From assembly GCA_964016885.1 (NCBI GenBank), contig OZ024751.1, positions 10,974,001 through 11,038,000 on the forward strand: 64,000 nucleotides of DNA, given 5' to 3'. The position numbers and the translations under genes were made by a program. Below the pieces are notes generated by a model. It ran no database searches. It saw nothing but the letters and a program-made list of their open reading frames with translations, and was not told where the DNA came from. Shown here in pieces: positions 18,071 through 31,166 of the stretch. Numbering within the stretch: position 1 is the stretch's first letter; each line of letters starts with the position of its first letter. Source of the DNA: Eledone cirrhosa. Its lineage: Eukaryota.

Positions 18071-18254
18071 TCGATATAATGAAGCAGTTGAACATTAAAT
18101 CCAGCTCACTCTACGTTATACGAATCCTTGATAAATTTACAGTTGATGAACATTTGAGATGAGACGGTACTAGTAGATTATTTAATTAAATGGGATTCTT
18201 AGGATGGGAAATAGCTGTTGATGTTGAAATCTTTGGTGTATTATATACACGGGC

Positions 18255-18390
18255 AAGGTGGCGAATTGGTGGAGTCATGAGAATGTCTGATAGAAAGATT
18301 TCCAATATTGGTTTCGATACTCTGATCGATGTGTTCAAATCTATTGAATGTCAACTTTGACTTTCACATTTTTTAAAGTTAGGTAAAAAC
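18255..18390 (+). mobile_element. Degenerate tRNA-SINE (same Meta-like family)
   Basis: AAGGTGGCGAATTGG head, B-box-like GTTCAAATC, then GTCAACTTTGACTTTCAC. Confidence 0.45.
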
Positions 18391-18511
18391 AAAAACAAAA
18401 ATGCATATACATAATATATGCTTCTCTATAGAAGTGTATATATACATATATATATATATTATAATAAAATAACAGAAGGCTGGACTTGTGTAAATCCTTG
18501 AAAGGTTTATT

Positions 18512-18569
18512 ATACTATGATCATTTCAGTGACCGGGTTCCGTATGAATCCGGTGATATCATCAGGTAT
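18512..18569 (-). ncRNA. Type I hammerhead ribozyme motif in a TA-flanked insert (18460-18668)
   Basis: Reverse complement: ATAC-CTGATGA-(ACCGGATTC atacg GAACCCGGT)-GAAA-TGATCA-TA-GTAT. Confidence 0.7.
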
Positions 18570-18685
18570 TCGAAATATAATAAATGAATGTAACAGATAA
18601 AATCCATTGGGCTTTAAATCATAGACCCGAGGACGACAGACCATCTAGCATCTTCCACTTTAACCGGATATATATATATATATAT

Positions 18686-18874
18686 AACAAAGAGGGTGTG
18701 GTAAGAAACCAGGTGCACCATAACTCACCAGAGTACTCGATACTTAGGGTCGTTGAATGGGTAATAGGAAAAGAGTCAGGACTCCGACGGCTAGGCTCCG
18801 GCCGTTTCGACAGCTAGATCAGTTCGGATCTAGCTGTCGAGACGGTCAGAGCTCAGCCGTCGGGATCCTGACTC
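18686..18874. mobile_element. Family A fold-back element
   Basis: Homologous to 937-1142, with inverted arms centred near 18822. Confidence 0.7.
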
Positions 18875-18946
18875 GTTGTCTCTCTTTCTCTCTCTTTCTC
18901 TCTCTCTTTTTCTTTCTCTCTCTCTCTCTCTGTATATATATATATA

Positions 18947-19250
18947 TCAATGATATTAAATACATTGAAACCATATTTATTCTATTATATATATTTCAAG
19001 GGTACCAACACTTTACTACGCGCCCATCAGATAAAATATGTCAATATTTATAAAACAAACTTTGTATTTTATCTGATGAGAGCGTACCAAAGTTTTGGTA
19101 CCCTTGAAATATATATAATGGAATAAATATGGTTTTATAAATATAGTTTCCATTTATTTAATATCATTGATATTATACTCCAGAAATGCTTCGAATCAGT
19201 TATAAACATATATATTTGTTGAATTACCAACAAACTAAACATCCCTTTTG
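18947..19250. mobile_element. Fold-back element (family D) with two opposed hammerheads
   Basis: Plus-strand HHR at 19065-19125: TATTTTAT-CTGATGA-GAGcGTACCAAAgtTTTGGTACcCTT-GAAA-TATATA-TA-ATGGAATA. A degenerate inverted copy lies at ~18984-19037, and a related copy at 63865-63950. Confidence 0.7.
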
Positions 19251-19271
19251 CGTATATATATATGTATATCG

Positions 19272-19445
19272 AGGTGATTAAATCAATTTTGCCCTCTCCT
19301 TAAATTTGCGGGCATTGTGTCTATATCAGAGAAAAATTGTTGCCCCGACTTTCTGCACACTGAGTTCAAATCCTGAGCAAGACAACTTTACCTTTCACAC
19401 TTTCTTCCAGGTGGATAAATAAAGTAGCAATCATGTACTAGGAAA
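19272..19445 (+). mobile_element. Rearranged fragments of Meta-like tRNA-SINE
   Basis: CTGAGTTCAAATCC...CAACTTTACCTTTCA...GGATAAATAAAGTA, plus the tail motif GGCATTGTGTCTATATCAGA. Confidence 0.45.
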
Positions 19446-19509
19446 GACATTTCTTCTCTCTGACTGTCACTTTATCACTCTCACTTATAACTAGATACCT
19501 TGATAGATA

Positions 19510-20905
19510 TATTTCTTTATTTGCCACAAGGGCGCACAGGAAAAGGGGACAATACAAAGACACATGCCGGGGATTTTACATACAGTCGTGTAAAAATATT
19601 GGAGCAAACAATTATAACAATCGAAATCCCCATAGGGGGGAGGCGCCATAAATGGGTTGTTTAATACCTCGTCGATAGAACAACCCTCAACTTCAGGAGC
19701 GTGTTGTGCAAGTGCTCCCTTCTTCCTTTTGCTCTCTTCTTTAACCTAGAGGCTTATAAAAGGAGAAGGCCCAATCACTCGGGCCACTTTCGCTTCATAC
19801 ATCCACCTTTCAGTAAATTTACTGGGGTGCAGTGCCTCTCTCTCCACTCTGATTCTCCTTCTCAATTGATACTTAAAGAAGGGAATCAATTGTTGTTCGG
19901 AGAGAAAGGCATCTGTCCTCAGTCCTCTCAATCTCGTCCACCATATAACCTCTTTCACCATAGCCACTGTACAGAGGAAAACCGCCTCTCTTTCGTTTTT
20001 GAAAGAGGCTGGCGGTTTGATCCTTACTATGAACTCGGCAGTAAACTAGATTTGACCCACACGCGACAGCAGTTGTTCTGCATCGTTCCACAGGTGGCTT
20101 ACGCCCGGTAAGTGTACAATTGCGTGCAAGACGGTTTCAATGTCCTGCTCGCATCTTGGACACGTCCTCTTGGAAGGATCCCTGCCGGGGCGTCCGTGCC
20201 TGTAGATCTTATCTCGAACGGGTAGAGCTCCTCGGTATCACTGCCAGGCCAGGGACCTCTGGAAGTTGTTCATAGGTCCCGGGCGGAAAGTCCTACCGAA
20301 CAAACTGGTGAGCTCGTCGTCTTCGACGCCTAGAGTCTCTCCGAGCACGTCGTCGCACTTGTAAAGTAATAACCCACTATAGAATGTCGAAGTGGAGTCC
20401 CCACTGATTGCTGTGCCCGCTTGACAGAGGACTGTGAGCGCCTGGGCGCATTCAATGAGCCAGGCGCCCATCTTCTTCGGTCTTCGCTTCACCCAGGACT
20501 GCAGCTCCTTCAGCGAGACAAGTTGTGGGAAGGCCTGTCTCACAAACAGTGCCCACACCGGTTGATCGGTGAGGAATACCTGGAAATGCCGTAGCCTCAG
20601 CGCATGTTTGCGCATCATTAGCCACGGCATATCCAGCCCTCCGTTGGAAGGGTGTTGACAGCAGCCGGATCTCCTCACCAGTAGAGCTTGCTTCTTCCAC
20701 AGTAACTGGAAGAGTAGCGTTCCATCTTGGTATTCACGGGGACAAGACACAACATTCAAGCGGTAGTAGATGAAGGACGCTATGAAAGTGTTCGCCACCT
20801 CGGCTCGACTTTTCAAAGACAGTTTGCGTTCTGCTCACTTCTGGGTGAGCGCAAATACCTAGTCATGACCTCGTTCCAGTTTTTCTGGAACGAGGTCATG
20901 GCCAA
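19510..20905 (-). mobile_element. 5'-truncated L1/Tx1-clade LINE (ORF2 C-terminus and 3' UTR), pseudogenised
   Basis: Minus-strand translation: RAEVANTFIASFIYYRL...LFQLLWK...VRRS..CQHPSNGGLDMPWL...YRGALPVRDKIYRHG...TCPRCEQDIETVLHAI (zinc-knuckle region). Contains stops and frameshifts. The 3' end is shared with 40131-40217. Confidence 0.85.
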
Positions 20906-20944
20906 ATTATTTACGTTCACGATAGATATATAGCTATATACATT

Positions 20945-21165
20945 GATAGATACCTTGATCGATACCTAGATAGATACCTTGATCGATACCTAGATAGATA
21001 CCTAGATAGATACCTTGATAGAGACCTTGATAGAGACCTTGATAGAGACCTTGATATATACCTTGATAGATACCTAGATCGATACCTTGATAGATACCTA
21101 GATCAATACCTTGATAGATACCTTGATAGATACGTAGATCGATAGATATATAGATAGATACGATA
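20945..21165. repeat. 12-bp GATA-derived minisatellite (GATACCTTGATA/GATACCTAGATA)
   Basis: Direct inspection. Confidence 0.85.
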
Positions 21166-21569
21166 TTATACATAAACAAATATGCAAATTCAGCATGATT
21201 ACTATATGTAACTATACAGATTAATACGTCTATCTAGAAATACATTCACATACAGAACCTAATATATCCTTTCCATATACTGTACCGATTGTTATTTCTG
21301 TTTACCTTTTACATACATTCATGCACCCCCTCCACACACACCTATATATGTATATTTAAAAAGTGAAGGTGAAAATGAACAGAAGTAATTTTAAATATTA
21401 TTTTTGCTTTAATCCGATAGAGTGAATAATTTTATAAATGCTGCATTAAATATAACTGCTTTTGATTGGTACATCAATCTTATTAGATATTAAACATTTA
21501 AAAGAAATGATTTTTCAGGTAGTCTGTGAGCCGTTTGAATATACAGTATGAATATATCAATTCCTCTAT

Positions 21570-22220
21570 ATCGGGGGCATGCAGCAGGCGGTCCGCGGGC
21601 CACAATACGACCCGCCAGACCAGTCAGAGTGGCTTGCGATGACCGTTTTTAATTTTTATTTTGTAGGCTTATTTAGAATCTTTTTCGTAACCATAATACG
21701 ATTTCTATACCAAATATCAAGTCTCACATTAATAAAACTAAATTATATTTTACTAGCAGAAAAACCACCGTTCGGGTGGTTTTCTGATAGCATGTGTAGT
21801 GTGCATATTAATCTCGTACGCAAGTATATATGCATGTAGATATGATACATCAAATAAAATCGTAATTGACAATGTACACAGAAATTGAACGAAGACTGCT
21901 TTACACTGTCTTATGTAATCAGTAACGTAATCCTTGATACATAAAAAAAAAAAGACGATATTATATTGAAACTGCATTAGGAGAAAATTAGTGACGGAAA
22001 TATATAAAAGTTTATTTAAGCCATCGCTAACCGGAAGTTTTGACATTTGAACATTTTAAAGAGCTGAATCTTTAAACAAGCAATAAAATATATTTAATCA
22101 ACAGCTACGGAATTTATTAGATAAATTATGTAATATTCATTCATTATTTATTCAAAGTAATCCAACTTATTTTACAAACGGGATAAAAAGATATATTCTG
22201 GACGCAATCCGGCACTCCTT
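21570..22220. mobile_element. Possible degenerate hAT/Charlie-like non-autonomous DNA element
   Basis: Left end GGGGCATGC..CAGGCGGTCCGCGGGCCACAATACGACCCGCC resembles Charlie-type termini. The right end is weak (GGACGCAATCCGGC). Confidence 0.35.
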
Positions 22221-22789
22221 ACTTTATTATAGTTTAGATTTGTTTTTATTGTTTAAAAATGTATTCACAATGTATTTATGACTCAATTCACTGGTTTTCA
22301 TTAGATTACATATTTTTTGACAGTGACTGGCCCTAATAGTTGTTCCAATGTTCAAATATGGTCCGCCAATATGTTGCAAACCCAGCTCTATGTACATGTA
22401 CATAAATTCAAACGTACGTACATGAATACTTATAAAAATAGAAACATGCATACAAGCATGCACATACATAGATACATACAAACTTACACAAACACACAAC
22501 TGCGCACGCACACACACACACACACACATATACAGGTTGTACCCAAAACTGTATATACACTTCAACAACATTCTAATATATATATGTATATATTTTTTAT
22601 GACACCATGTAAATATATAATTTAAAACTATGTCTCCTTGTGGAATCGTAAGGTATCCGTAGAAATATTCTCGGGCATTAAAAACCTTATGGAGCCCATC
22701 CTTCTCTATGCTTGAACACAACCAATTTCTTCCAGAGACAATGGGTGAGAGAGAAGAAAAGAGAAAGATATATAGGAGCAGAATCGAAT

Positions 22790-22925
22790 CCAGTACGAGT
22801 CTAATACATTTTTATCGATCTTGAAAGGATGACAGGCAAATTTGACCTCAGTAGGATTTGAACTCAGCACTTAGAGAGCTGGAACGAATACCGCAAATCA
22901 TTTTAATGAATTTTAATGAATCTGC
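22790..22925 (-). mobile_element. Meta-like tRNA-SINE fragment
   Basis: TTTTATCGATCTTGAAAGGATGACAGGCAAATTTGACCTCAGTAGGATTTGAACTCAG. Confidence 0.6.
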
Positions 22926-23660
22926 CATATACATACTTGCATATATATATATATATATACACATATTCACACACACATATATGCACAGGAACATTTTCAC
23001 ACGCGTACACACACATACACACTCACATGTATATCTGTATACTTATACGTTTGTGTGTGTGTATATATATATATCTGTCCATCCATTCATACATACATAT
23101 AAATATGCATACACATACATTCATCCATCAATACAGCCATCCGTCAATACAGACATGCACATATACATACATGCACACTTACATACATATATACATGCAC
23201 ACATACATACCTATATACAACACATACATACATGCACGCATACATATATACATACAAGTACATATTCTTAGTTATACATTATTCACCACAATCTATCATA
23301 TTGGAAAAACAGTGAACCAAATTAAGAGATTGGAATACATCTTTGGAGAAACCTTATCTGTTACTGGAACGGAAGGACCATAGGATAGATTTCGATAAGA
23401 GAAAGGTCAAACGCTGAAGGTCAACTAAAGAAACTAGTGACCTTTGGCCTCACACTGTGTATTTACTTCTTGGGTTTTTCCAATATTTCCAATCCTTTAG
23501 ACACGTATCACCTTTTCTTACGTTTGTTGACCTTCCTTTTCGCTTTTGCCTCGTTTCGTTGGGGTCTTTTGTTCCTCTCCCTCTCTCTCTCTCTCTGTAA
23601 ATACACACATATATGTATATATATGAACATAAACATATATATATGTATATATACATGTAA

Positions 23661-23698
<38 letters not shown>

Positions 23699-23884
23699 GT
23701 TTATGTTCTATATATTCGTCTGGAATTGCTGGGTCAACATATTCCAGAATATGATCAATTATATTGAACACTTTAGATATTTCATTCCGTCTGTCACCTA
23801 TTTTGTCGGTCTCTATCTGGCGAACCACTATGTTTAGCGACGTATATATATATATTTATAATAATTAACAATAATAATAATAAT

Positions 23885-24050
23885 ATTTCTACTTTTGGCA
23901 CAAGGCCAGAAATTACCCCAGTGCATTACTGGTGCTTTGTTATAATAATAATTGTTTCTACTTTAGGCACAAGGCCAGCAATTACCCAGTGCATTACTGG
24001 TACTTTATTTTATCGACCCCGTAAGGATGAAAGGCAAAGTCAACCTCGGC
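23885..24050 (-). mobile_element. Meta-like SINE 3' part with duplicated tail
   Basis: TTTCTACTTT.GGCACAAGGCCAG...CCCAGTGCATTACTGG occurs twice, followed by TTTTATCGACCCCGTAAGGATGAAAGGCAAAGTCAACCTCGGC. Confidence 0.7.
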
Positions 24051-24529
24051 TTTGTTATAATAATAATGATAAGAAGATAAGCAACTGTTGCAACAAGGAA
24101 AATATAAACACTGTGAAGATTAGGAATTTAGTTGCTTTAACATATGTTTCTGTGTCAATTATAATTGTCTACATATGCTGACTACAATATATATCGATCA
24201 ACCCTATGTAAAACTTAATTATTTATCATACTTCACCGGAAAGTTTATAATTGTGGAAGTGACTATTCACTACGTGGTAGAAGTCAGGAAATATAAATAA
24301 GCCAAAATGACAATGAAAATATATATATAATAAAAAGAATTAGGGAACAAAGAATCAGTGTTGCATCATATACATATTTATTCACATATTATATGTTTCA
24401 CTGTCGATCAGCTCGAGGAACGATCGATTATGTTCGTTCCTGACTCTAATATCGAAAGCTCCACAGATATGCGCTTTCACATATAGACACATGTCTCAAT
24501 GTTGCTGAATTCATATATATATGTATATA

Positions 24530-24890
24530 TATAGTCTATCAAAGTTCTTTCGTTGCACATCTGCAACATCATCAGTGGTACTATTATCATGTTCCCTCTT
24601 ATTGTATTGTATTGTAATGTCTACACCATTTTTATTTTATTTATTTATTTCTTCTTGTCTCTGTCTCTGCATTTGCGTCTATGTATAATGTTTGGTCAAT
24701 CAAGGATAAACGTTGATTGCCAAATAAATTAACAATGGAGATATACAAGATACAGAAGCGAACACCAACCAAACACTGAGTGTGTTCTGTTATTATTTCT
24801 GGCAATATTATTACAACAATATGACCCTCCCTAAGTATAACAATATTTGTTTCGACACACGATTTCATATCAAAAACCTTGCAAAACAAA
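24530..24890. mobile_element. Family C element with minus-strand hammerhead (24537-24580)
   Basis: Reverse complement: TACCA-CTGATGA-tGTTGCAgatgTGCAAC-GAAA-GAAC-TT-TGATA. The tail is homologous to 13910-13985. Confidence 0.65.
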
Positions 24891-25271
24891 TATATATATA
24901 TATATAATTAAAATATCATACACTTAACATTTATGCACGACCAGATGTTTCGTAATATTGTCTTGGCGTCCGATGTGAGGTCAGTGTTGAAACGGGTCTT
25001 CTATGCAATTGTGGCCATAACTGGACCCCGAAACCTAAGGTCGCGCATACATGTTAAGTGCATGGCATACTAATTAGACTGAATAAGATTTTTTGCAATG
25101 GATTGAGCATTGTTTGACTTGGCTATTTATCTGCAGATATCCTACACCCCTCATATATATATTTTTATATTGCCTACATATCAGATATGTGTATATATTT
25201 ATACACATTAATGCAGTCAAGGTTACAGACTGTATTTATACAGATATAACTTCAACATATATATGTGTGTG

Positions 25272-25306
<35 letters not shown>

Positions 25307-25311
<5 letters not shown>

Positions 25312-25424
25312 TGAAGATTTGAGTTGTGAGATACTGAGGTTTTGCGGGGAATGAGTGGAAACACCATATCTCTAAACTACCCCGTAGACCATAACGTAAC
25401 TCGATAATGAAACACGTGTTAAAA
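25307..25424 (+). ncRNA. Hammerhead motif with ~90-nt stem II domain
   Basis: TTTT-CTGAAGA-(TTGAGTTG...TAACTCGA)-GAAA-CACGTG-TT-AAAA, starting right after (TA)n. Confidence 0.55.
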
Positions 25425-25469
25425 CGTATCATTAAATAAATTATTCTAATGACGCCTTGTCTATTATTT

Positions 25470-25575
<106 letters not shown>

Positions 25576-26104
25576 TATGTACACACACACACACACACAT
25601 GTATATATATATATATGCTCCTATCCGTCTGTATACGCTCTATGTGCGGCTGTGTGTATTTGTATGTGAATAAATTTGGATGTAACCATAATAGAGAAAT
25701 AGTATGGTTAACGGCAATGCGGTGGGGTGCCGTATTGCATTGTGTGATATGGTGAGCTCTGGCAGCGTTGGAATTTGGTGAATTTTAGTGTTGGTCGGGG
25801 GCGTGGTAGTGGGCGTAGTGTTGTTGCTTTTGTTGCTTTTATTGTTAATGGTGGTGATGGTGGGCGTAATGGTGGTTTTGTTGTTGCTTTTATTGATAAT
25901 GGTGGTTTTGTTGTTGCTATTATTGATAATGGTGGTGGGTTTAATGTTGAAGATGGTGGAGGAGCAGACAGTGGGGGTAAGCTGTGATAGTGAAAAATAT
26001 ATTTCTCGAGACAATCTTCTACATTACCACCCAAACCTTGATTACACATCTTATTCTCTCAATCTCGTCATCGTTTATCTCTATTCTATATGCTCAGTTC
26101 CGAC

Positions 26105-26126
26105 TCATGTACACACACACACACAC

Positions 26127-26189
<63 letters not shown>

Positions 26190-26839
26190 ACATATATATC
26201 CGTCTATCGATCTGTGTATCTCTCTTTCTACGCGTGTGTATGTATATATATATATGTCTATGTATGTATGTATGTATGTATGTATGCAAGTATGTACGTA
26301 TGTATGTATGTACGTATGTATGTATGCAAGTATGTATGTATGTACGTATGTATGTGTGCAAGTATGTATATATGTATGTATGTATGTGTGCAAGTATATA
26401 TGTACGTATGTATGTATGCAAGTATGTATATATATGTACGTATGTATGTATGCAAGTAAATATGTATGCATGTATGTATGCAAATATGCATGTATGTATG
26501 CAAATATGCATGTATGTATGTATGTATGTATGTATGTATGTATGCAAGTATGTATGCATGCATGCATGCATGTATGTATGTATGCATGCATGCATGTATG
26601 TATGTATGCATGTATGTATGTATCTATGTATGCATGTATGTATGTATGTATGCATGTATGTATGTATGTATGCAAGTATGTATTATCTATCTATCTCTCT
26701 ACTTATTAGAGGATTTACTATCTATCTATATATATAACATATATATCTATAATATATATGTCTATATATATATATATCTATCATATCTCTCTCTCTCTCT
26801 TTCTCTCTCTCTCTCGCTATCTATCTATCTATCTCTCTA

Positions 26840-26874
<35 letters not shown>

Positions 26875-26990
26875 TTATATATATATGTATGTATTTGTGC
26901 ATGAGGGTGTATTTGTGTGTGTGTGTGTCAGTGTTTATGTCTATATGTGTGAGTGTGTGTATAAGTATGTATGTATGTATGTGTGAACGA
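26105..26990. repeat. (CA)n, (TATG)n/(TGCA)n and (CT)n compound microsatellite
   Basis: Direct inspection. Confidence 0.9.
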
Positions 26991-28031
26991 GCGGCGTGTA
27001 CATAACCAGGTTTAATTTTCAACAAGGACAGTTTAGTTCTGACCTGCAGTAACCCTATCTATTCACACATCTCACAGTTTGTGGTCCCTACAATCAATAT
27101 CCTATTCTATTCACATTCACAACTTTGCTGATGTTTTCTCACAATTCCTCCATCCTATTAAACAGAAGACTTTCATCATTTTCACCACATCTCTTCTTTT
27201 ACTTTCTATTTCTTCGTCGTTTTCCGATTTTACTATTCTCTTCATCACCCCCATCACGCTCTTCACATCCTTGTGCCACTCCACCGTCCACCACTTTTTA
27301 CCAACGATCCTTCTTCATTTTATTTCCCCGCGCCATCTTATCCATGTTATTGCTGTTGTTGTTGCTCTTTTTCTTTTTCATTTTCTTCTTTTTCTTTTTC
27401 TTTTTCTTTTTCTTCTTCTTCTTTTTCTTCTTTTTCTTCTTGTTCTTCTTGTTCTTCTTCTTCTTCACTTACTGTATTTTGTCCGCCACATCATCATCAT
27501 TATCATCCTAAGAGAAATGAAGTAAGATGATAATTATATATATATGTATATATATATATACTTTCATAGCTAGAAGGCTTTCCAAAGATTTATTCTTAAT
27601 CATACCGTATATCAATAGATAAACGAAATTCACATACGGATATGTATACAGCTAGTTTGGAGCGAAAGCTTTAAGTTTATATAGCTCAGTATGTAAATTA
27701 GGCTAATCAACCTATCTACATAGGCGAAACATTATATTCTTTCTAGGAAACACAACTGACACCATATTTACCTGACTACAATGTTCTTAAAACTATATTT
27801 GTAACTGTAATGTTTTATCTTGAAACCTTGTTGAGTAATATATATTATGTTTTTTTTCCCCTCAGTGATGTGTATTGGTATTTTAATTAAACTCTGAGGA
27901 CACCCAGAGTATATACTCACTAATAGAAAATTGTTAAATAAAATGATTTGCTGTACGTGGTATATCACCGTGGGAAGAGAGAATTGTCAGTAATGAAATG
28001 ACTTGAATTCTAAAATTTTTGGTTTGTAACA

Positions 28032-28138
<107 letters not shown>

Positions 28139-29388
28139 ACATACACACATACATACATACATACATACCGGATGGATGATGATTAACACAGATAAGTGAT
28201 ACAGTAGGTTTTTATTCCAAGCATTAACATATGTTTCATTGTCTAGTATGCAATCGATTATGTCTTAAAATCGCTATCTACAATGTTATTGTGAAATTCG
28301 GTTTAAAATACTGTTTATACTAGGCAAATTATCAAAACACTGATTTTGGAATTAGCGACAAGATGGTTTCATACTAAACTATATAAACATGAAGATGAAA
28401 AATGAAATAAATTTAGGGCCTCGCATGTTTGGTTGGCAATAAACTTGTATGAAATGATATGAGAGACGTGAAAATTTCAAGATAAAATAATATGATAATA
28501 AAAGTGAAAGCGAATGAGATATACGGAGTATGTTATAGAGTAAAATAAAATAAATGATACTATTTGTGAACAAAAGAAATGGTGACATATTGAGTGCGTT
28601 CTTAGATTCCATGTAGGTGTGTCTTTACATTGCCAGCTTCTCTTGCATATACCGTTATCTGAGTATGAATTGTAATTGCCAAAGAATGAGCCTTTAGTAT
28701 GGTAACATAGAGGTATTTTGTATTACATAAAATACATGACAACTAATCATATGATTTTGTCGTTACTCAGAGTTTCATGATAGCGTCCGATTAATTCTTG
28801 CAGATTAATCTTGCGGACGCCATCAATCCTGAGGCTTTATGAGTAAATATACATGTTTAATGGGTTTTGTATAATTCAGGTGCTGAATCACATTGGAAAA
28901 GCTATATACACATACACACACACGCAGAGACATACACACATACAGACACCTACACACGCGCACCCATATATTGAAAGTTTTACAAAACATTGAAAAAACT
29001 TCTCAAATTCAAAGAATTTCCTCAAAAAATGTTTAGGCACATTTTTTTTTAATGATTTTTAATATTTAAACTTTTTTCAAGTTGTGTGAAATTGTTTTAA
29101 AGGTTCTTTTATACCATCTGATGAGCTCATGTTATCGGAATTGGTAGGATGAAAATGAACTAGCCATAGACCACAACAAAATATATATTACAGAGATATA
29201 AATAAACCTAAATACAAATGCATATGACATTCGATCTATTTAATATTCTATAATGCTCCGACTTGTATCATTTATGCATATCGTTGAGCGCTTCATTTTA
29301 TCTAACCGACTAAAATGTGGTTTGACATCCCTGGTCACTTAATCCCATATGATAATGATGGTGATGATGATGATGATGATGATGATTT

Positions 29389-29434
<46 letters not shown>

Positions 29435-29449
29435 CACACAAACAGATAT

Positions 29450-29778
29450 ATGAACCTCAGCTTACGAACTTAATTCGTACCTGAAGTCTGTGTCTGTTTG
29501 TCACCAAAAATGTTCGTAAACCTGATTTATTTTCCCCATAAAAATTGTTGAGAGAGGAGGAGAGGGGGAGTGAGAGAGCGGGAGAGAGAGAAAGAGACTG
29601 TTTGTGAAAGACAGATAGATATCACCCATAGTAACTAAGTACTGAGAAAGTGATGTTTTCCCGCTTATACTACGTTACTCGCGACACTATCGTGAAACGA
29701 GGTATTATATGTTCGGAAAAAATGTTCGTGATCCCATTTGTTCGTGATTAGAGACGTTGGTGAACCGGACTTCTACAA
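29450..29778. mobile_element. Degenerate Tigger/pogo-like MITE
   Basis: Left end GAACCTCAGCTTACGAACTTAATTCGTACC with internal TTCGTAAAC/TTCCCCATA motifs; right end TTCGTGATT...TGAACCGGACTTCTAC is loosely inverted. Confidence 0.4.
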
Positions 29779-29834
29779 AATATATACTTGCCTATACAAA
29801 TATGTATATATATATACACACTTGCCAATACATA

Positions 29835-29869
<35 letters not shown>

Positions 29870-29871
<2 letters not shown>

Positions 29872-30483
29872 GAGATCTCAATTTTATAGTTCTGGTATCT
29901 CAAATTAATACCATTGAACAACAATTGTATTATAGACACCCTATATATTTCCGTGGGTACTTAGTATCTGTGGGGATATTGATATTATTTTATGTATATT
30001 CTCCCATGTGTAGAGAAAAAAAAACCGTTGTATACCTAGCTGCTATTTCTTTTAGTAGTGTGGCAAACAACAGGTCTATAATATTCCCGCTTCCACTAAC
30101 GACAAGTTCACGTTTATGTCATGTTTACGACTCCACTCGATCTTTCACTAGCTGGCTGAAGGCAATGTATTTGCCTGCTATGGGACTATATGTCCTATGT
30201 AGGGGAAAACGCTTTCTGAAGAGCCGATCTTTCCATTGGAAATCCCTTGGATTTCCAATCTTTTGTGAGACGAAACCGTAGGTAAAAGCAATATGGATAG
30301 GTAAATATTTAAATTGTATTTTGAATTTATTTTGAAAGATTGTTTAAAATTTGCATGTTTCGCTCATCTCAATTTTATAATTCTGGTATCTCAAACTAAT
30401 ACCATTGAACCACAAATGTATTATAGACACCCTGTGTATTTCCGTGGGTACTTAGTATCTGTGGGGATATTGATCTCATTTTA
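29870..30483 (+). mobile_element. TA-flanked mini-element with ~115-bp direct terminal repeats and one hammerhead
   Basis: 29874-29992 repeats at 30366-30483. HHR at 30211-30289: GCTTT-CTGAAGA-(ATTGGAAATCC ctt GGATTTCCAAT)-GAAA-CCgtaGG-TA-AAAGC. Confidence 0.75.
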
Positions 30484-30501
30484 TATATATATATATATAT
30501 A

Positions 30502-30918
30502 TAAAATTAGAATTGGTGCTCTGAAATAGCGATATATATATGAATGTATATATATAGTGTATTTTGCAATACTCTGTATGCTTAATTAAAAGCATTTTGA
30601 AGGCCTTACGCTATTGTTTTAAAGTAGTGACAATGTCACTTACTTCTATTTTCAGAAAACAGGGGAGATAAGCTGACAGAGCTTTGTTTCGTACTTGTTG
30701 GTACTTATCAAAGCTCACCACTCCTCCTGTTTGCCAAAAATTATGAATGTTGAATTCTTATAAAATTCCAGAAATAATCAGGAACTGATTACACCAACAA
30801 GTACCAACAAGTACGAAACAGAGCTCTGTCAGCTTATCTCCCCTGTTTGCTGAAAATTGAAGTAAGTGACATTGTCACTACTTTAAAACAATAGCGTAAG
30901 GTCTTCAAAGTGCTTTAT
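30502..30918. mobile_element. Fold-back element related to the 310-bp array unit, with U3-A8 hammerhead
   Basis: Arms ~30590-30705 and ~30797-30916 are inverted. Minus-strand HHR at 30671-30715 (AGCT-TTGATAA-GTACcaacaaGTAC-GAAA-CAAAGCTCTG-TC-AGCT). Shares GCTCTGAAATAGCGATATATA and CATTTTGAAG.CCT..CGCTAT with the array unit. Confidence 0.7.
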
Positions 30919-31166
30919 ACATTATATATACATTATATATACATTCATATATACATTCCAAATAATGACGTATTATCTTCGTTTATTCCAGTTCTTTGCC
31001 AGGGAAAGTTTCCACGAACCAAAGTATCGTCTTCCTGTCTTCCTTCGGTTGCAACGTTTTTCGAAATATTTACTTCTGCGTTCACAGATTGATTTTTTTT
31101 TTAGTTTCAGAAGATCCCCTTAAGGGTGGAAGCAGCGATTCTTTGCTTAACATTTAATCTGTTATT

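Noticed and set aside
23280-23840. Unique-looking segments with short ORFs and a CTGAAGG...GAAA-CTAG-TG string
   Set aside because: No recognisable protein motif; the HHR core and cleavage triplet are non-canonical and lack good stems.
24920-25070. Fold-back with GAAA-CCtaaGG-TC, a possible degenerate HHR
   Set aside because: The 5' core is corrupted (CCGATGTGA). Probably another decayed family member, but not callable.
29112-29165. CTGATGA...GAAA near 29118
   Set aside because: I could not form convincing stems I-III.
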